Source of the DNA: the human T2T-CHM13v2.0 reference genome, Homo sapiens
DNA: 64,000 bases
Assembly (NCBI RefSeq): GCF_009914755.1
Contig: NC_060927.1
Reading direction: 5' to 3' (one strand)
Part shown: in pieces, positions 39,793 through 53,769 of the stretch
Position numbering within the stretch: the first letter of the stretch is position 1
Layout of the letters: the number at the start of each line of letters is the position of its first letter
The notes under the pieces: model-generated
Database searches by the model: none
The model's input: the letters and a program-made list of their open reading frames with translations, nothing else
What the model was told of the DNA's origin: nothing
Made by a program: the position numbers and the translations under genes

Positions 39793-42009
39793 ACATCAAA
39801 TCCTTCAAAATTCCCAAAATCAGCATGAACTTTCTGCCAAAGGCTCCTGAAAAGGACTCCAGCTGGGTTGAGCATGGAGTGAGCACCCACCCCATGAGGC
39901 TGTATCGGAGCAGGAAGGAGGTGGGGGTACCTGAGGATGGAAGGCTGAGTCCTACCACACTGGCCCTGGGTGACCTGACCCACTCCCCTACTGTATACGC
40001 TGGTCTCATCCAGTACATGCTTACAGATACGTGGAGGAATATTGGTCATTTTCCCAGAATTAACATCTCTGGGCAAATTTCTTGCTCACCTTCCTCAAAG
40101 CAAGGGCTGTCACATAAGGAGATTGCAAAGAAACACTGCTCCTCTGATTACATCCATTCCCAAACCCCCAGGACACAGAGCATCAGGATGGTTGTGAAAG
40201 AGGTGTGCTGGGCCAGGGGTGCCAGCATTGCTTGGTGGGTACCTTCCAGGTCTCCCCTCTGGCCAGTTCACTGGCTTATGGGAGACACTGGGTGAGTTGG
40301 GAGGAGTAGTGGGTGGAAGTCATAGGGTCACATGCCTGTGGGTGGGAGTGTGCCAGGTAGGCACTATTCCTCCTCCCAGACCCACATTTTGGTTGGGAGT
40401 AACTGGGAGTTGGTGCCAGCTTTCAGAAACATTCATGGAAATAGCCCAGCCTCTCTCCCAGGGCCCCACATCTTTCACTGTCAGGCAAGTCTTGATGCCA
40501 AATCCCAACCTCTCTTCCAGCCTTTTGAATCCCATCAGGATTGAACATTCCTCATGACCTGAGGAGGAATGTTTAAAAAAAAGATTTGATCCTGGGGAAA
40601 TCTTGCATGGAAAAGGGACAGTTTTTAATATCCAGAGATGCTTTCAAATTGACACAACTTTCCATTTTAGAGGCAGACACATATGGGAGGTCTAGGCAAA
40701 GATATCTGAGAGTCTCATAATCTGGGATGTTCCAAAGTGACTGATGTCAGAGGTGAAGCTCAGGCCAAGGCCAGGCATGGACTGCAAAGGGATGTTCCAT
40801 TGGCATCATCCCCAGTGGCAGAACCACAGTGGAGGCAGGGACCCTTGGAGCATGGGAACTTATGAACTGGTTTGAAAAATCAAATATTTATTATAAACCT
40901 ACTGAGAGACCAGCTAATGAAGTTTTGGAGATGGACAGGACCTGGTTTCTGTCTTCAAGGTGTAAAAGCCCCACATGGATGTCCGTTTATATCTCTTCTG
41001 AAAGACCATCAGCTTATATAGACTGCTAGGAGGAACTCCCAGAGTCTGGTATCAAACTGGCATCACCTCATGTGCATTTCCTAAGGCCACTTCTTAAGCC
41101 CCATCAATGCCTCCTTTACACAGCCAGCATGCTTGTCTCCCCTCACGCAAAATTCCCAAGAACTCCCCTGGCCATTTGGGCCCCCTCCAGCTGGGACTCC
41201 CCTAAACCTGTATGCTTAAGGCCTCTTTCCCTCAGGACACTTTTGCTGCTGTGTGACCTAAACTATACTTGCTGTAGCTTTGGACTCCTTCACACTTCAG
41301 ATGATATGAAGGAGAGTTATTAATCTCAACTGAACTGTGTCACTCAAAAGCTTTCCATCCAACGGGCTGATGCTGATGTCAGAGTTGGGAAAGGCCTGAG
41401 GTCAGCTGGAGAAACTCCCCATCTGACTGGCAAGGAAGCCCAAGTCCAGAGGAATGAAGGGCTTTGACCAAGGCCACATATTTAACTACTGGGAGAACCA
41501 AGACCTTCGTCTCCTGCTCATTGGCTTTCTTGCTGTGTCTTGTGCCTGAGTGCTGCCCCAGAACTGATCATAGTAAGTTGGCACCTGGAGTCCGACAGGA
41601 GTATTTCTGTCTCCCCATGCCCTACTCAGCTTAGGTGGAAGAGTGTGGGGTGTTTCTCCCCTGGGCCTGTGAACTTCTTTCCTGTTCCATCTCCAAAGGG
41701 AGGAGAGGACCCACTCTGGGCTGGAGGAGTGCACGAAGTGTTTTAGGAGTGTTATTATTAAATATTCATCAACAGGAGAAAAAGATAGCCACAAAGAACA
41801 TTATTAGAACAATTGACAATAAATGTAGACTATGAATCAATTAGACAACAGTATTGGTTCAATGTCAAATTTACTCTTTGATTTTGATTTCAATAATTGC
41901 ATTGTAGTTATGTTCTTAGGACAACAGCATAGTTAGAATTCAAGGGCATGATATCTCCAATTTGGCCTAAAATGGTAGGTACCTATCTCTATCTAAATGA
42001 ATAAATAAA

Positions 42010-42012
<3 letters not shown>

Positions 42013-42071
<59 letters not shown>
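42013..42071. repeat. Compound (AT)n(AC)n microsatellite
   Basis: About 21 AT units followed by about 8 AC units. Confidence 0.95.
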
Positions 42072-43161
42072 GAGTACATCCTGAGACTGCAGCCAGGCCA
42101 GGGTGTAGTGGCCAGAATGCAGGTCAGGGTTGGCACCACAGTTCCACATCTTACTAGCTGTGAGACCCTGGACAGGGCAGTTTAGTTCTCTGAGGCTCTG
42201 TTTTGTTCATCCCTAAAATGGGAACAGCTATTTATAGCGCAGTTGAGTGAGACTCGGCTGAAGTGACATAGATCGAGCTCCTAAGGTGCTCCCAGTGCAC
42301 AGGCACTCGGTAGACTCTGATTTTGTTCAGCCTGCAGCTGTCCTGAGACAGGTGCCCTCACAATCTTCACTCCAGCATCTGTGTGGCTCCTCCCTGTCTG
42401 CCTTCTCCCCAACTGATGTTATCATTTTCTCTCCAGCCAAACCACATAAACCACATTCCTCTCCTCCTCCATAACCTGACCCCGTTTTCCTCATCCCGAA
42501 ATCTTCCCAAGCTGCTCCCACCTCCCTCCTGCACTTGTGAGTCAGTGTCTGGCCGGTTAACTTGTACTTCTGTCCGCTTTCTCTCACCCCGTCCTTGCTT
42601 GGGTTGGGGTGGATGCCCTTGGCTTTTCCCTCATGCTTGTCAGTGCTCAGCAGGGAGGGGGGTGTGCAGAAGAGGGAACTGGTCATGATCTATTTGATGA
42701 AAAAATCACTCAGGCTCACCTCAGGAAAGATGGATTTCCCTCTTAGACTAGGTACTTCTCAGCCCTTGACACAGAGGAACACACACACAAACACACACAC
42801 ACACACAGCCAGATCACTCATGGAATCAGAGGTGTCTGGGACTGGGGATGGCAAAGCTAAGAAAAAAAGGCAAGTTGCAGAGGTATACAGACTGTGCAAT
42901 TCCATCTCTGTGGGACAAAAATCCAATTGATGTACTTGTGCCTGTATATAAAAATGCATAGAAAAAAGTCACTGAGTATTTTTGGGGCGTGAGTAGAATT
43001 GGGGTGAGATGAAAGAGGACTTTCATGTTGTACATAGTATATTTCTATATTGTTTAAAATGGTTAAATAAGAATGTGTGCATATATAATGTATATAATCA
43101 ATAAACTAACAATTATCCTCCAAAGGGAGAAAAGAATGGGTGCAAATCTAAAAGACATCTT

Positions 43162-43516
<355 letters not shown>

Positions 43517-44089
43517 TCAGGAGGCTCCAGAAACAAATCCCAGGGTATCTCTCAGGCCCCCAGGGTACAGGCTTCTGAAGGACAAGAGTGCAGGGGTGCA
43601 AGCAGGTGGAGGGCAGCTAGAGCCAGCCTGGCACCGCTCTCAGTGTTGGGGTAGCAGGTTTGGAGTAACAGAGATTGGAGGGTGGGCCAGCAAAAGGGTA
43701 CAAAGTGGCCATGACTTTGGAGTGTGTAGAGACACACACTCCCATTCTTTCAGGAGCAAGATGTCTGAAATTCCAACATGGGGGCTCTGCACACAGAGTG
43801 AAATCCAAGTGGGGTCTACTGGAGTTAATCCAGTCATGAATGTGTGTTTTCTGTAAAGATGAAGCACTTGCTACTAGCCTGCTGCTCCCCCACTAACTCA
43901 GACTGAGCTTCATTCCCTGCTTCCAGCTTCTCCACCACAAGGTGCCTTGTTCGGCTCTCTGGGCAACATGATACCCTAAGGATGTTGATGTGAGGGTCCC
44001 CGAGGCAGTTCCACACTTAACAGAGGCAGCAGGGGAGACCCCCTTCTGCTTCTCAAGACCCACAGTGTGGGCACCAGGTTTCTCCCTGG

Positions 44090-44270
44090 AACAGCTGGTT
44101 TCCAGCTTGACTGCACATGACGTGACCTGGAGCTTGAACAAATACTGAGGCCTGGCACCCACCCCTGAGATTCTGATGTAATTGGTCTGGGGGCAGGGGA
44201 AGCCTGTGCGGCAGTGGTTTAAATGCTCCCCAGGTGAATATAACACACAGCCAGGGGTGCGAGCTGCTGC
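44090..44270. mobile_element. MER5A-like element
   Basis: cccctgagattctgatgtaattggtctggggg...tttaaatgctccccaggtga...gagctgctgc. Confidence 0.6.
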
Positions 44271-46359
44271 TCCAGACTCGGACAGTGACAGCTTGCATGG
44301 GGTTTCCACAGCCTTCTGTTCTCAGGGCAGAGAGCCCAGCTCCTGCTCTGCTCATCGTCTCAAGCTTGTTTTCCTCCTCCACAGCTCGGCTCTGACCCCA
44401 TCTCACCTCCTCAGGGGCTCACTGGAGTGGGTGTGCTGGAGCTGAGGGCTGGAGGCTGCCCACCAGATCAATACCTGCACTGTAGCTTCTGCACCCAGGA
44501 GTCGGGGACAGCCATGCCATAGCCCCAATTCACAGCCCCTGGTGCCCTTCCTACATTCTCTATCTCTTCTGCTCACGGTTTTCCATACCAAGTATAGCAC
44601 AGGTCCAGGGAATATTTTTGGAAGATAAAATTATTAACCCATTCTCACCAGATTTTTCTTGGTATTATGTATGCATTTCCAACAACTTATTAAATGTCCA
44701 TTCTTGATATTCTCAGGCTATCTACCTTGGTTAAGTATCAATGAGAAATTAATTCCAATTTCTCTGCCCCAACATACTGAAGGCTGAGTTCCCCCAACAG
44801 CCTGGCTGGGGTATGTTTGAGGAACCCAAGTTCATCATTAGGAAGGTAAGAATAAAATAAAGTCACAAAACACTGCATTGTAATGGAAAAAGACTGTAGT
44901 CTGAGTTAACCCGGCTCAATTATTTTCCCCTATCAGTACGGGCAATTAGGAGCTCATCTTGTTTTTTGTTTGTTTGTTTTAAAACACAGCATGTGCTGGG
45001 GATGTTCAAGCAACTCTGCACCCTCTGTTGAAATTGTAGTTTTCAAAGGGTAGTTCTGCTGTCAAAGTTAGATTAAAAATTATAAGGGAAGCCAGGGTGA
45101 CATTGTGACTTCTGAGGCACTTCTGCCTTTATAGCCCCCTCCTCCACCAAAAAAAAGTAAATAGATTTAATTACATATCAAGTATTATATTTGAATTATG
45201 TAAACTACACTTTTAACTGCATGGGTATAAAGATGAATATATTCATGTCATGAATTAAAACCTTTTCTTTGACTTAAAAGTTCCCTTTTTTCTTCTAATT
45301 TTATAAGATATTACAGCATTTGGCAGGCCTGTAAAAGCACTGTGGACCCTACGCATGGTGCCTAATGGATGTGTGGGCTACGGGGAAGCTGAGATCCAAA
45401 AAGAGGGAGGTAGCTGCCTATGGTCACGGAGAGGCTCCTTTCTCTCTTGGCTTTTTATACCACACTGCGATTTGACTCTAAGAGAAACTGGGAAGGGCCT
45501 TCCACGAGCAAGGCGCAGCATGTGTCATTCTGAAAGGTAATTGCTTGAACAGACCCTGTACAATGGAGGAGGGAGGATGAGACCCAGACACATCTCCGTG
45601 ACATTGGGAAGGAGGTAGTGGAGGAGCCAGGTGCTGACACTGTGGGAGCTGAGGTGAGGAAGAACTCAGGGATGAGAGACTTTTCAGAGGAGTTTGGCAG
45701 AAAGGTGTCCCATGGAGAGAGGTGCCAGAGAAGGCATGAAGGAAGGAACTTGGGGGCTGTGTAGTGTGCAGTGAAGAGCTCAGTTTGGCCTGAGTATAAA
45801 ATAGAAGTAAAGGAGCTGGGGGCAGCACCGGGAAAGACAGGCGGGGGGCAGGCCACATGTGGGACCACGTGTGCACATGCGAGCTAGGTATGTCCTCGGC
45901 ACTAACATGTGGAGCTTTGCTTGTGGGTTTTGCAGGCTCTGGGGGCCACTGCATATTTCAACCAGGAGTGATGAGATCAGAGTTACAATCCAGAAAGAGC
46001 CCCTGGGAGGGCAGGATCAACTGGGGAGAAATTAGGAGGAGCTCTCCTAGAGTCTTGGTGGGAAGTGAAAGGGCATGAAGGAGGTTGGGCAGGGGAGGTA
46101 GATAGGAGCTCAGATGAGATGTGCAACACCACCCAGGCTGGAGACAGGCTGGAGAGAGCACTGGGATGGGGTGAGAAAAGGCCACTGGCTCTGTTATTGG
46201 GAGTTCACTGGGCACTTCAGGGTGTGGGCAGACATCAGACTTCCAGGGATTCAGGCAAGAGTGAGTGACCAGAAAGTGGGGGCTCTGAGGCTGCCCTCAG
46301 TCCCCGGGGTGCCTGCCCCTGCCTCTGCCTCTGCCTGGTGAAGCTGGGCGAGTACTCAC

Positions 46360-46446
46360 TCTCAGTTCCTAGCACGGGAGGAAGAGAGCTCTTGGGCCTC
46401 CGGGATTTCATCTCTGGGGCCTTGGTGTTCTCACTGGCTGGAGCAT
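46360..46446 (-). CDS. MYLK: MYLK exon (~20), linker
   Basis: 87 bp, ttccag|ATGCTC...ACTGAGA|gtgagt; encodes DAPASENTKAPEMKSRRPKSSLPPVLGTE; phase 1-1; absent from the ORF track. Confidence 0.95.
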
Positions 46447-48648
46447 CTGGAATGAAACAGGTAACAATAAATGTTAGCAGCTGCTGAGGAAATGAGCAAA
46501 GGGGGTCTCTCAGTCAAAATCCCACCTCAGCCAAACTCCTCCCCAACTCTGAGGGCCCTTTGTGCCCGCTGGGCAGAACAGCGCCTGTGTCCAGGCAACC
46601 TATTTCACTCTCCATGAGAGCATCAAAGAAGGACCGTCCACTACCCTGGGCCTGATTAATCCAGTGGGGACAGCACCGTCACCTTGGCAAGATGAGCGCA
46701 CAGGCTGCCCAGGGAGCTTGGGATGCTCCCCCGGAATGCCATTGCTGGCAGAGTCACCCCTTGCTCACCTTCCCTGGCTTTCTCCTCCATCAGGCCTTGT
46801 CTCCCTCATGCTAGAAATCTTGGGTCTCCTCTCCAACAGGGGCAGGAGGGGACAGGGTCCCCGCCCTTGGGATCATGGACTAGAGGTGGCGCACAGCTTC
46901 TGATTTCTCTGACTTTCTTCTGCAGACCAAACTTTGCAGTGACAAACCAAACGGAGGCCTCTGAGCACACAGCCAGCATGCCTCCCACCTCTGAGACGGG
47001 GTCTAGGCCCCACTGTGGGGCTTCTGCTAGACCTCCCCCAACAGGCCCAGTGAAGCTGGGCACAGCTGCCTGCTGGGCGGACCTAAAGATGCTGGGCGGT
47101 GCCTGCCCTCAGGCTCTGTTCCACACTCCCTCTGCCAGAGGAAACCCTTCCTCATGGAGGGCAAGCAGGGCGACATCACTTGGCTGGGCTGGGCTGGGTG
47201 GAAAGGCCCTCACTGGCCCCCAGGACACTATGGGGAAACCATCCAGGAACTGGGATAAGGAGGAGCTGGTTGAGTGGCTATCACTGGGCCCCAGCACTTT
47301 CACTGGCCTTCCTTTCCCCACAAGGAGCACTCTTTGGGGACGGCGCTGAGAGAGTCTCCCCCTTGAAGCCCCCTCCCTGGGCATCCTTTTCCTGCTCCTG
47401 AGGAGAGGAAGCTAAGTGGGGGTGGGGGTGGGTGGGGGGACTTTCCAGCAAAGGCTCCGCCACATTCCTGAGGCTTGGCTGGGGAGGAAGTGCCCTCTCA
47501 TGGTCCGCCTCCAGGACTGGCAGTCAGGGCTGATCTTGCCTAGACTGGGCTCCTGGGGCTCTGAGGGGTGGGCGCAGGGAGCAGAACTGGGGGCTGGGAA
47601 CATACTTCTCCCAGCAAGTGGACTCTGAGCTGCCTCTGGATGCATTTCTCCTTCTGGGAGGCATTTAGGCCCCTCGCCTTCTCCAGAACATGGATCTGCC
47701 TGCTTGAGTCCCTCTGCTCATCATCACCCCGATAGGCTTTCTTCCCAACCTAGTGCCTGCCTCCTCTCTGCTATGGGTAATCCAGGGAGGAGGCCCTGTG
47801 CGGGTGTTGCAGGCTCATGGCAGCTCAGAAGCAGACAGGCCTCCGGGGGCTGTGGGGGCAATCCCCCACCAAAGACAGCCGAAAGCCCTGCATGCACCAT
47901 TGTGGGCCTTAAGTAGGACTACTTAGCAGTATGTGACGGGGTGTTGGGGGGAGCAGACAGCCAAAGCAACCCTTTCAAGTAGCACTTGACACCAAAACGC
48001 TCCCTTGCCTCCACTCCCCACTGCAAGCTGAACTCCTGCCACCTCCCATACGGGCAAAGGAGCCCCAGATGGCACATCAGGGGTCCCTGCTATCTGGAGT
48101 GGACACTCTTAAGCTCCTCAGGAGGCTGCCTGTAACCCAGCATGCCAGTTCCATGAGGACACAGAGAAGCAGAAAGCCATGGGGCAGGGATGATTTCATT
48201 TTCTTACACTGGACATTTTCCCCAAGGATCGTGGTCATTCTCAGCTACAGAAAAATCCTCTGGACATAGTTATTTGTCAGCCTCGGTGGATCTCAGCCTC
48301 AGCTGTATGTTAGAAGCACGTGTGCCAGGGTATCACACCCCACAGGTCCTGGTTTCATTGGTCTGGGTTGGGGTCTGGGCACGATATGATCCAGAAGCTC
48401 CATGGATGACTGATATTTGGCCAACAGAAAACTCCTCGTCTCTCCTCAAGCACAGGGAGTGCGCAGGGAGTGGCTCCAGGACTATTCCAAGAGGCAGAAA
48501 AACCTAGCAGAGCCTCCCCTTGATATCTGGGGATGAGGGTGCCATAAACCAGGGGCATGGAGTCAGTCTAAGCTTCCCTTGTCCGGGCCTCTCCCTTCTT
48601 CCCTTCCTTGAAGACCAGCATTTCTAACAGTCACCAATGACAATGTAA

Positions 48649-48966
<318 letters not shown>

Positions 48967-49371
48967 CTTCTTAAGGAAGAGGAGTACAGGGCAGACTATG
49001 TATGCAGTTCTGCACTCCTTGGCTTCAGCACTCATTCTCCTGGTGAGTCTTGGAGCATAGAGGAGGGAGAAGAAGAAGGATCAGGTTTGCTTTTTTAACT
49101 GATGAGTAAGCTGAGGCACAAGAAAGCAAAGTATGAGAGGCCCAGTTTTCCTGGGCTCCTGAAAGAAGGGCAGCAGGTACTGAGACTCCTTTCGTCCTCA
49201 TGGGGTTGTGTTGGGCTTTACTTCCAAGCATCACCACAGTAGAGGCCAAGAGAGTACAGCTCTAGCTTTGGCTTTGTCATCAGCAACCTTGGGAACTTGG
49301 GCAAATAATTTAAACTGTCCCATCTCTGTTTCCACATCTGTACAAGGGAATCACTTATTTTCTCTACCTCA

Positions 49372-49785
<414 letters not shown>

Positions 49786-51056
49786 TTAATTCCTCTTGAT
49801 AGCCACATTCCCTTACCTCCTTCTGAATCAGCTTTAAAATTTTCCACCTTCAGAAAACACTCCCTGCCCTGCCCCATCTGCCTCTGCCTCCGTCCTCGGC
49901 CCTAGGGTGCTGGGTTTTCACTGGACGTGTCAGTACACTACCCTGTAATGTGCTTTGAGTCTTATTTTTAGAAGTTTCTGCAGCACTTTATCCTTCCATC
50001 TGGCCATGAGGAAAGGGGCTGAAGTCCCCCTTTCAAACTAGGCACACCCCAGACTCGGAGCCCCAGGGGGTGGCCGCGCTCCACCTGAAGTGTCAGCACG
50101 GTGGGGCTGTGCATGCACCACGGGGCCCTGCCAGGGATGCGGAGCCAGCAGACCTCCATGCGAACTGCAGCAAGGAGTGGGCTCGAAGGGCCATGTGCCT
50201 AATCAAAACCAGCTTTGTGCTCACATGGCTGCCCAGGGGATAAAAATAATAGTAATATAAGTTTAAGGGCAGCTTGTATTTTCTATTTTAATCATTTTGT
50301 GATGAAATTAAACTCCATTTCTAGATCTAGGCCCCCAAGGCTGAAGTCCTTTGCTTGTGTCCCCAAAGAAGTGTGGGGGAGGAAGATGGAGGTGTGAGGA
50401 AGTGGGGGGCCTCTACATTGAGAGGAAAATGTGTCCTTATATAGACAATGCCTCACCCCTCCCACTCCTGGGCTCTGGACTCAAGCTATCTGGGCAGCGT
50501 TTTTTTTTTTTTTAATCTCCCCCAAGAGGCTGGTTCCCTGAACTCTGACCCCACGCAGGGGGCATGAGGTCTTGGGAAGCTTCTGGGAGGGGTCCAGCTT
50601 CTAGGGGCCCCCAGTGGGGCAGGGCAGAGGGGCTGGGCTCCAGCCTCTCCCTGGGTTGGCTCATCCCTCCTTGCTGGCCTCTCTCTCTGACTGAGTGCAA
50701 GCAGTGTGCTAGCGTAGTAAGGAAGAGAGATCAGGATGCTTGCGCTTTCTGGCTCTGCTGCTTAGGAGTTGTGAGTCCCTGGGCAAGTTCCTGAACTTTT
50801 CTGAGTCTGAGCTTCCTCACAAGGAAAACCGAAATAACATCACCTCAATAGAAGAGTGAGGGAGGTGTGGCCAAGTCGTAAGGTGATGGCTGACATTTAC
50901 TGGGTATTGACTCCATGTATGCACGGTGCTAAGTACTTTGTATGCTCAGATCAGGTTGAACTACACCATTCGCCAGTATTGAAGTGTTTTTGACCTACAA
51001 AAACAGCAATTTTATTTAGTTTCACATAATACCCGTTAGTTGTCTGTGATGATTTA

Positions 51057-51370
<314 letters not shown>

Positions 51371-51699
51371 AATGTGGGGGTGGGAGCAGACTTAGTAATA
51401 TGGCAGGGCTGAGGCCAAGAAAGGAGGGGTGGATCAAAATCAGCTCAGCAATAATCAGAAGTGCCCAGGGGCCAAGATAACAGTGGATCACAGTGGTTAG
51501 GCACCAAGGCTTGGGTTTAACTTCCCACTCTGCTAGTTAGGGTGACCTTGAGCAGGTGACTCAGTCTCTGTTTGCCTGAGATGAGGCTATTGTTACTATC
51601 ACTCCCCTGAAGCCCTCTTGCAAGGTCACCAATGACCTCAATGTTGGCAAACCCAATAGCCAGTGCTCAGGCTCATCTTTATTTGGCAGCAGCACCTGA

Positions 51700-52095
51700 C
51701 CCTTCCTTCCTTCCTTTCTTCCTTCCTTCCTTCCTTCCTACCTTCCTTCCTTCCTTCCTTTCCTTCCTTCCCTCCTTCCTTCCTTCCCTTTCTTCCTTTT
51801 CTTCCTTTCTTCTTTTTTTTTGACAGGGTCTCCCTCTGTCCCACAGGCTGGAGTACCGTGGTACAATCTTGGCTCACTGTAGCCTCAACCTCCCATGCTC
51901 AAGCTGTCCTCCTGGCTCATCCTCCTGAGTAGCTGGGACTACAGGCATGCCCCACAGCATCCAGGCAACTTTTGTATTTTTTGTAGAGACAGGGTTTCAC
52001 CATGTAGCCCAGGCTGATATTGAACTCCTGGCTCAAGCAATTCACCTGCTTCTCAAAGTGTTGGTATTACAGGTGTGAGCCACCACACCTGGCCT
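51700..52095 (-). mobile_element. AluJ with an expanded (CCTT)n tail, inside L2 fragments (~51600-53200)
   Basis: (CCTT)n at 51700-51820, then an antisense Alu; flanks read as L2 (caaggtcaccaatgacctc...gtgcctggcacagagtgggcactcag). Confidence 0.88.
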
Positions 52096-53769
52096 GGCAC
52101 ACTAATCTTGATCATTCCTTCCTTTTTGAAGTTCTTAGCATTTGGTTTCTGGGACACCCCCATCTCCTGGGTTTCTTCCCATCTCACTGGAGTACTTCCT
52201 TCTTAGTCTTCTTCGCAGGCCCCTGTCCTGCCCCTGCCTCTCTCTCTCTCCCTCTTCTTATAGCCACCTCTGTACTCTCCAGGGACCTCATTCAACCCCA
52301 GGGCAGTGAATGGCCTCTGTGTGTGGATGGCTCCCTGTATCCCACCTCCAACTCTGACCTCCCCCTCAACTCCAGGTTCACCTAAACACCTGCCTATGTG
52401 ACAGGACCGCTTGAGAGGTCAAATAGCAATCTTAAACTTCACATGCACTAAACTCTTGATCGTGCCCCCCAGCCCCACCATTGGTCTTCACTCCCCCATG
52501 AAAACTGAGTCATCTTTAACTTCTCTCTCTCTCCATACCCAGCTCACCAGCAACTCATATCAGCTCTACAGCCAAAGAGGTTATGAATCTGATCACTTCC
52601 TGTCCCTATTGTGGCAACCCCCCATTGTGCTCCCTGCTTTCCCTCTGACTCATCCTGGGTCTGGTCATCACATGGACATGAGTGATCCTTCATAAATGTC
52701 CAGTGTTGGCCCATAACACTTAGAATAAAATCTCATTTTTTTTGTCCTAGCCAACACTGCCTGGATCTGGTCCACGGTCCTCCTCAACCTCACTTCCTAC
52801 CATCCTGCCCCTTGCTCATGGCTCCACCACCCTGGCCTCCTGCCTCCTGAAACGCCTTAAGCACAGTGTCCTCAGCTCAGGGCTATGCTCTTGTTGTCAC
52901 CTTGTCCCTCTTCCTTCCCTGCTTCCTTCAGTCTCTGTTCAAATGTTCCTTCCTCAGAGGGGCCTCAGTGACCACCCCCTCCAAAAATGGTATTCCCTCC
53001 CCCATTACCCTGCTTTGCTTTCTTCATAGCTGGTGACATTACCTGAGGATATGACACAGCTGTTCACCTGCATTACTGCCTCTTTCCCACTAGAAAAGTC
53101 CCAAAAGCTGGAACTTTTCCTACTTCATTTACTGTTTTAAAACCAGCTCCTATGGCAGTGCCTGGCACAGAGTGGGCACTCAGATATTAGTTGAATGACT
53201 GAGTGATGGCATGAGTACCCACTGGAGTGTCCCTTCCCATCACAATCATGCATGACCCTCTGTGGTCACAAAGCCCTGGTCTCACTGGTACCAAAAGCTG
53301 GATGCCCTGGCCAGGGTGGCTGGGGACAGGAGGCCTGAGTTGAGAATGACTGGATGAGCCAGTGAGGGGCTAAGGTGTTTTTTGACTCCTCTCATGGGAT
53401 TCTGGCCTAGGAAGGACTTAGTTTCCTCACTGCTCATCTGGGTTGGAATGAGAGGAAAGGGGTTACTGAGTCCCACGTGCAGAAGGACCTCCCCACAGGG
53501 AGGACTGTTACTCAGGGAGGTCTGGATCACTCTGGGAGCGGGCCCCACCATGGTAATTCACTGCCCGGGGAGGCTGTGTCAGGCTGTGGAAAGGAACAGG
53601 TTTCCGAGCCAGACCACTGAGTCCTGCCAGGATATTTCATGTTGTAATTCACTGTGCAGGGTGGAGCCCCAACACCAGATCTACACCTACTGTCTGTGGG
53701 GCCTGGAAGGCAGCTGACCCTTGGTGAGCCTCAGTTTGCTCACTGAGAAAGACACCCTGCCCAACTGTT

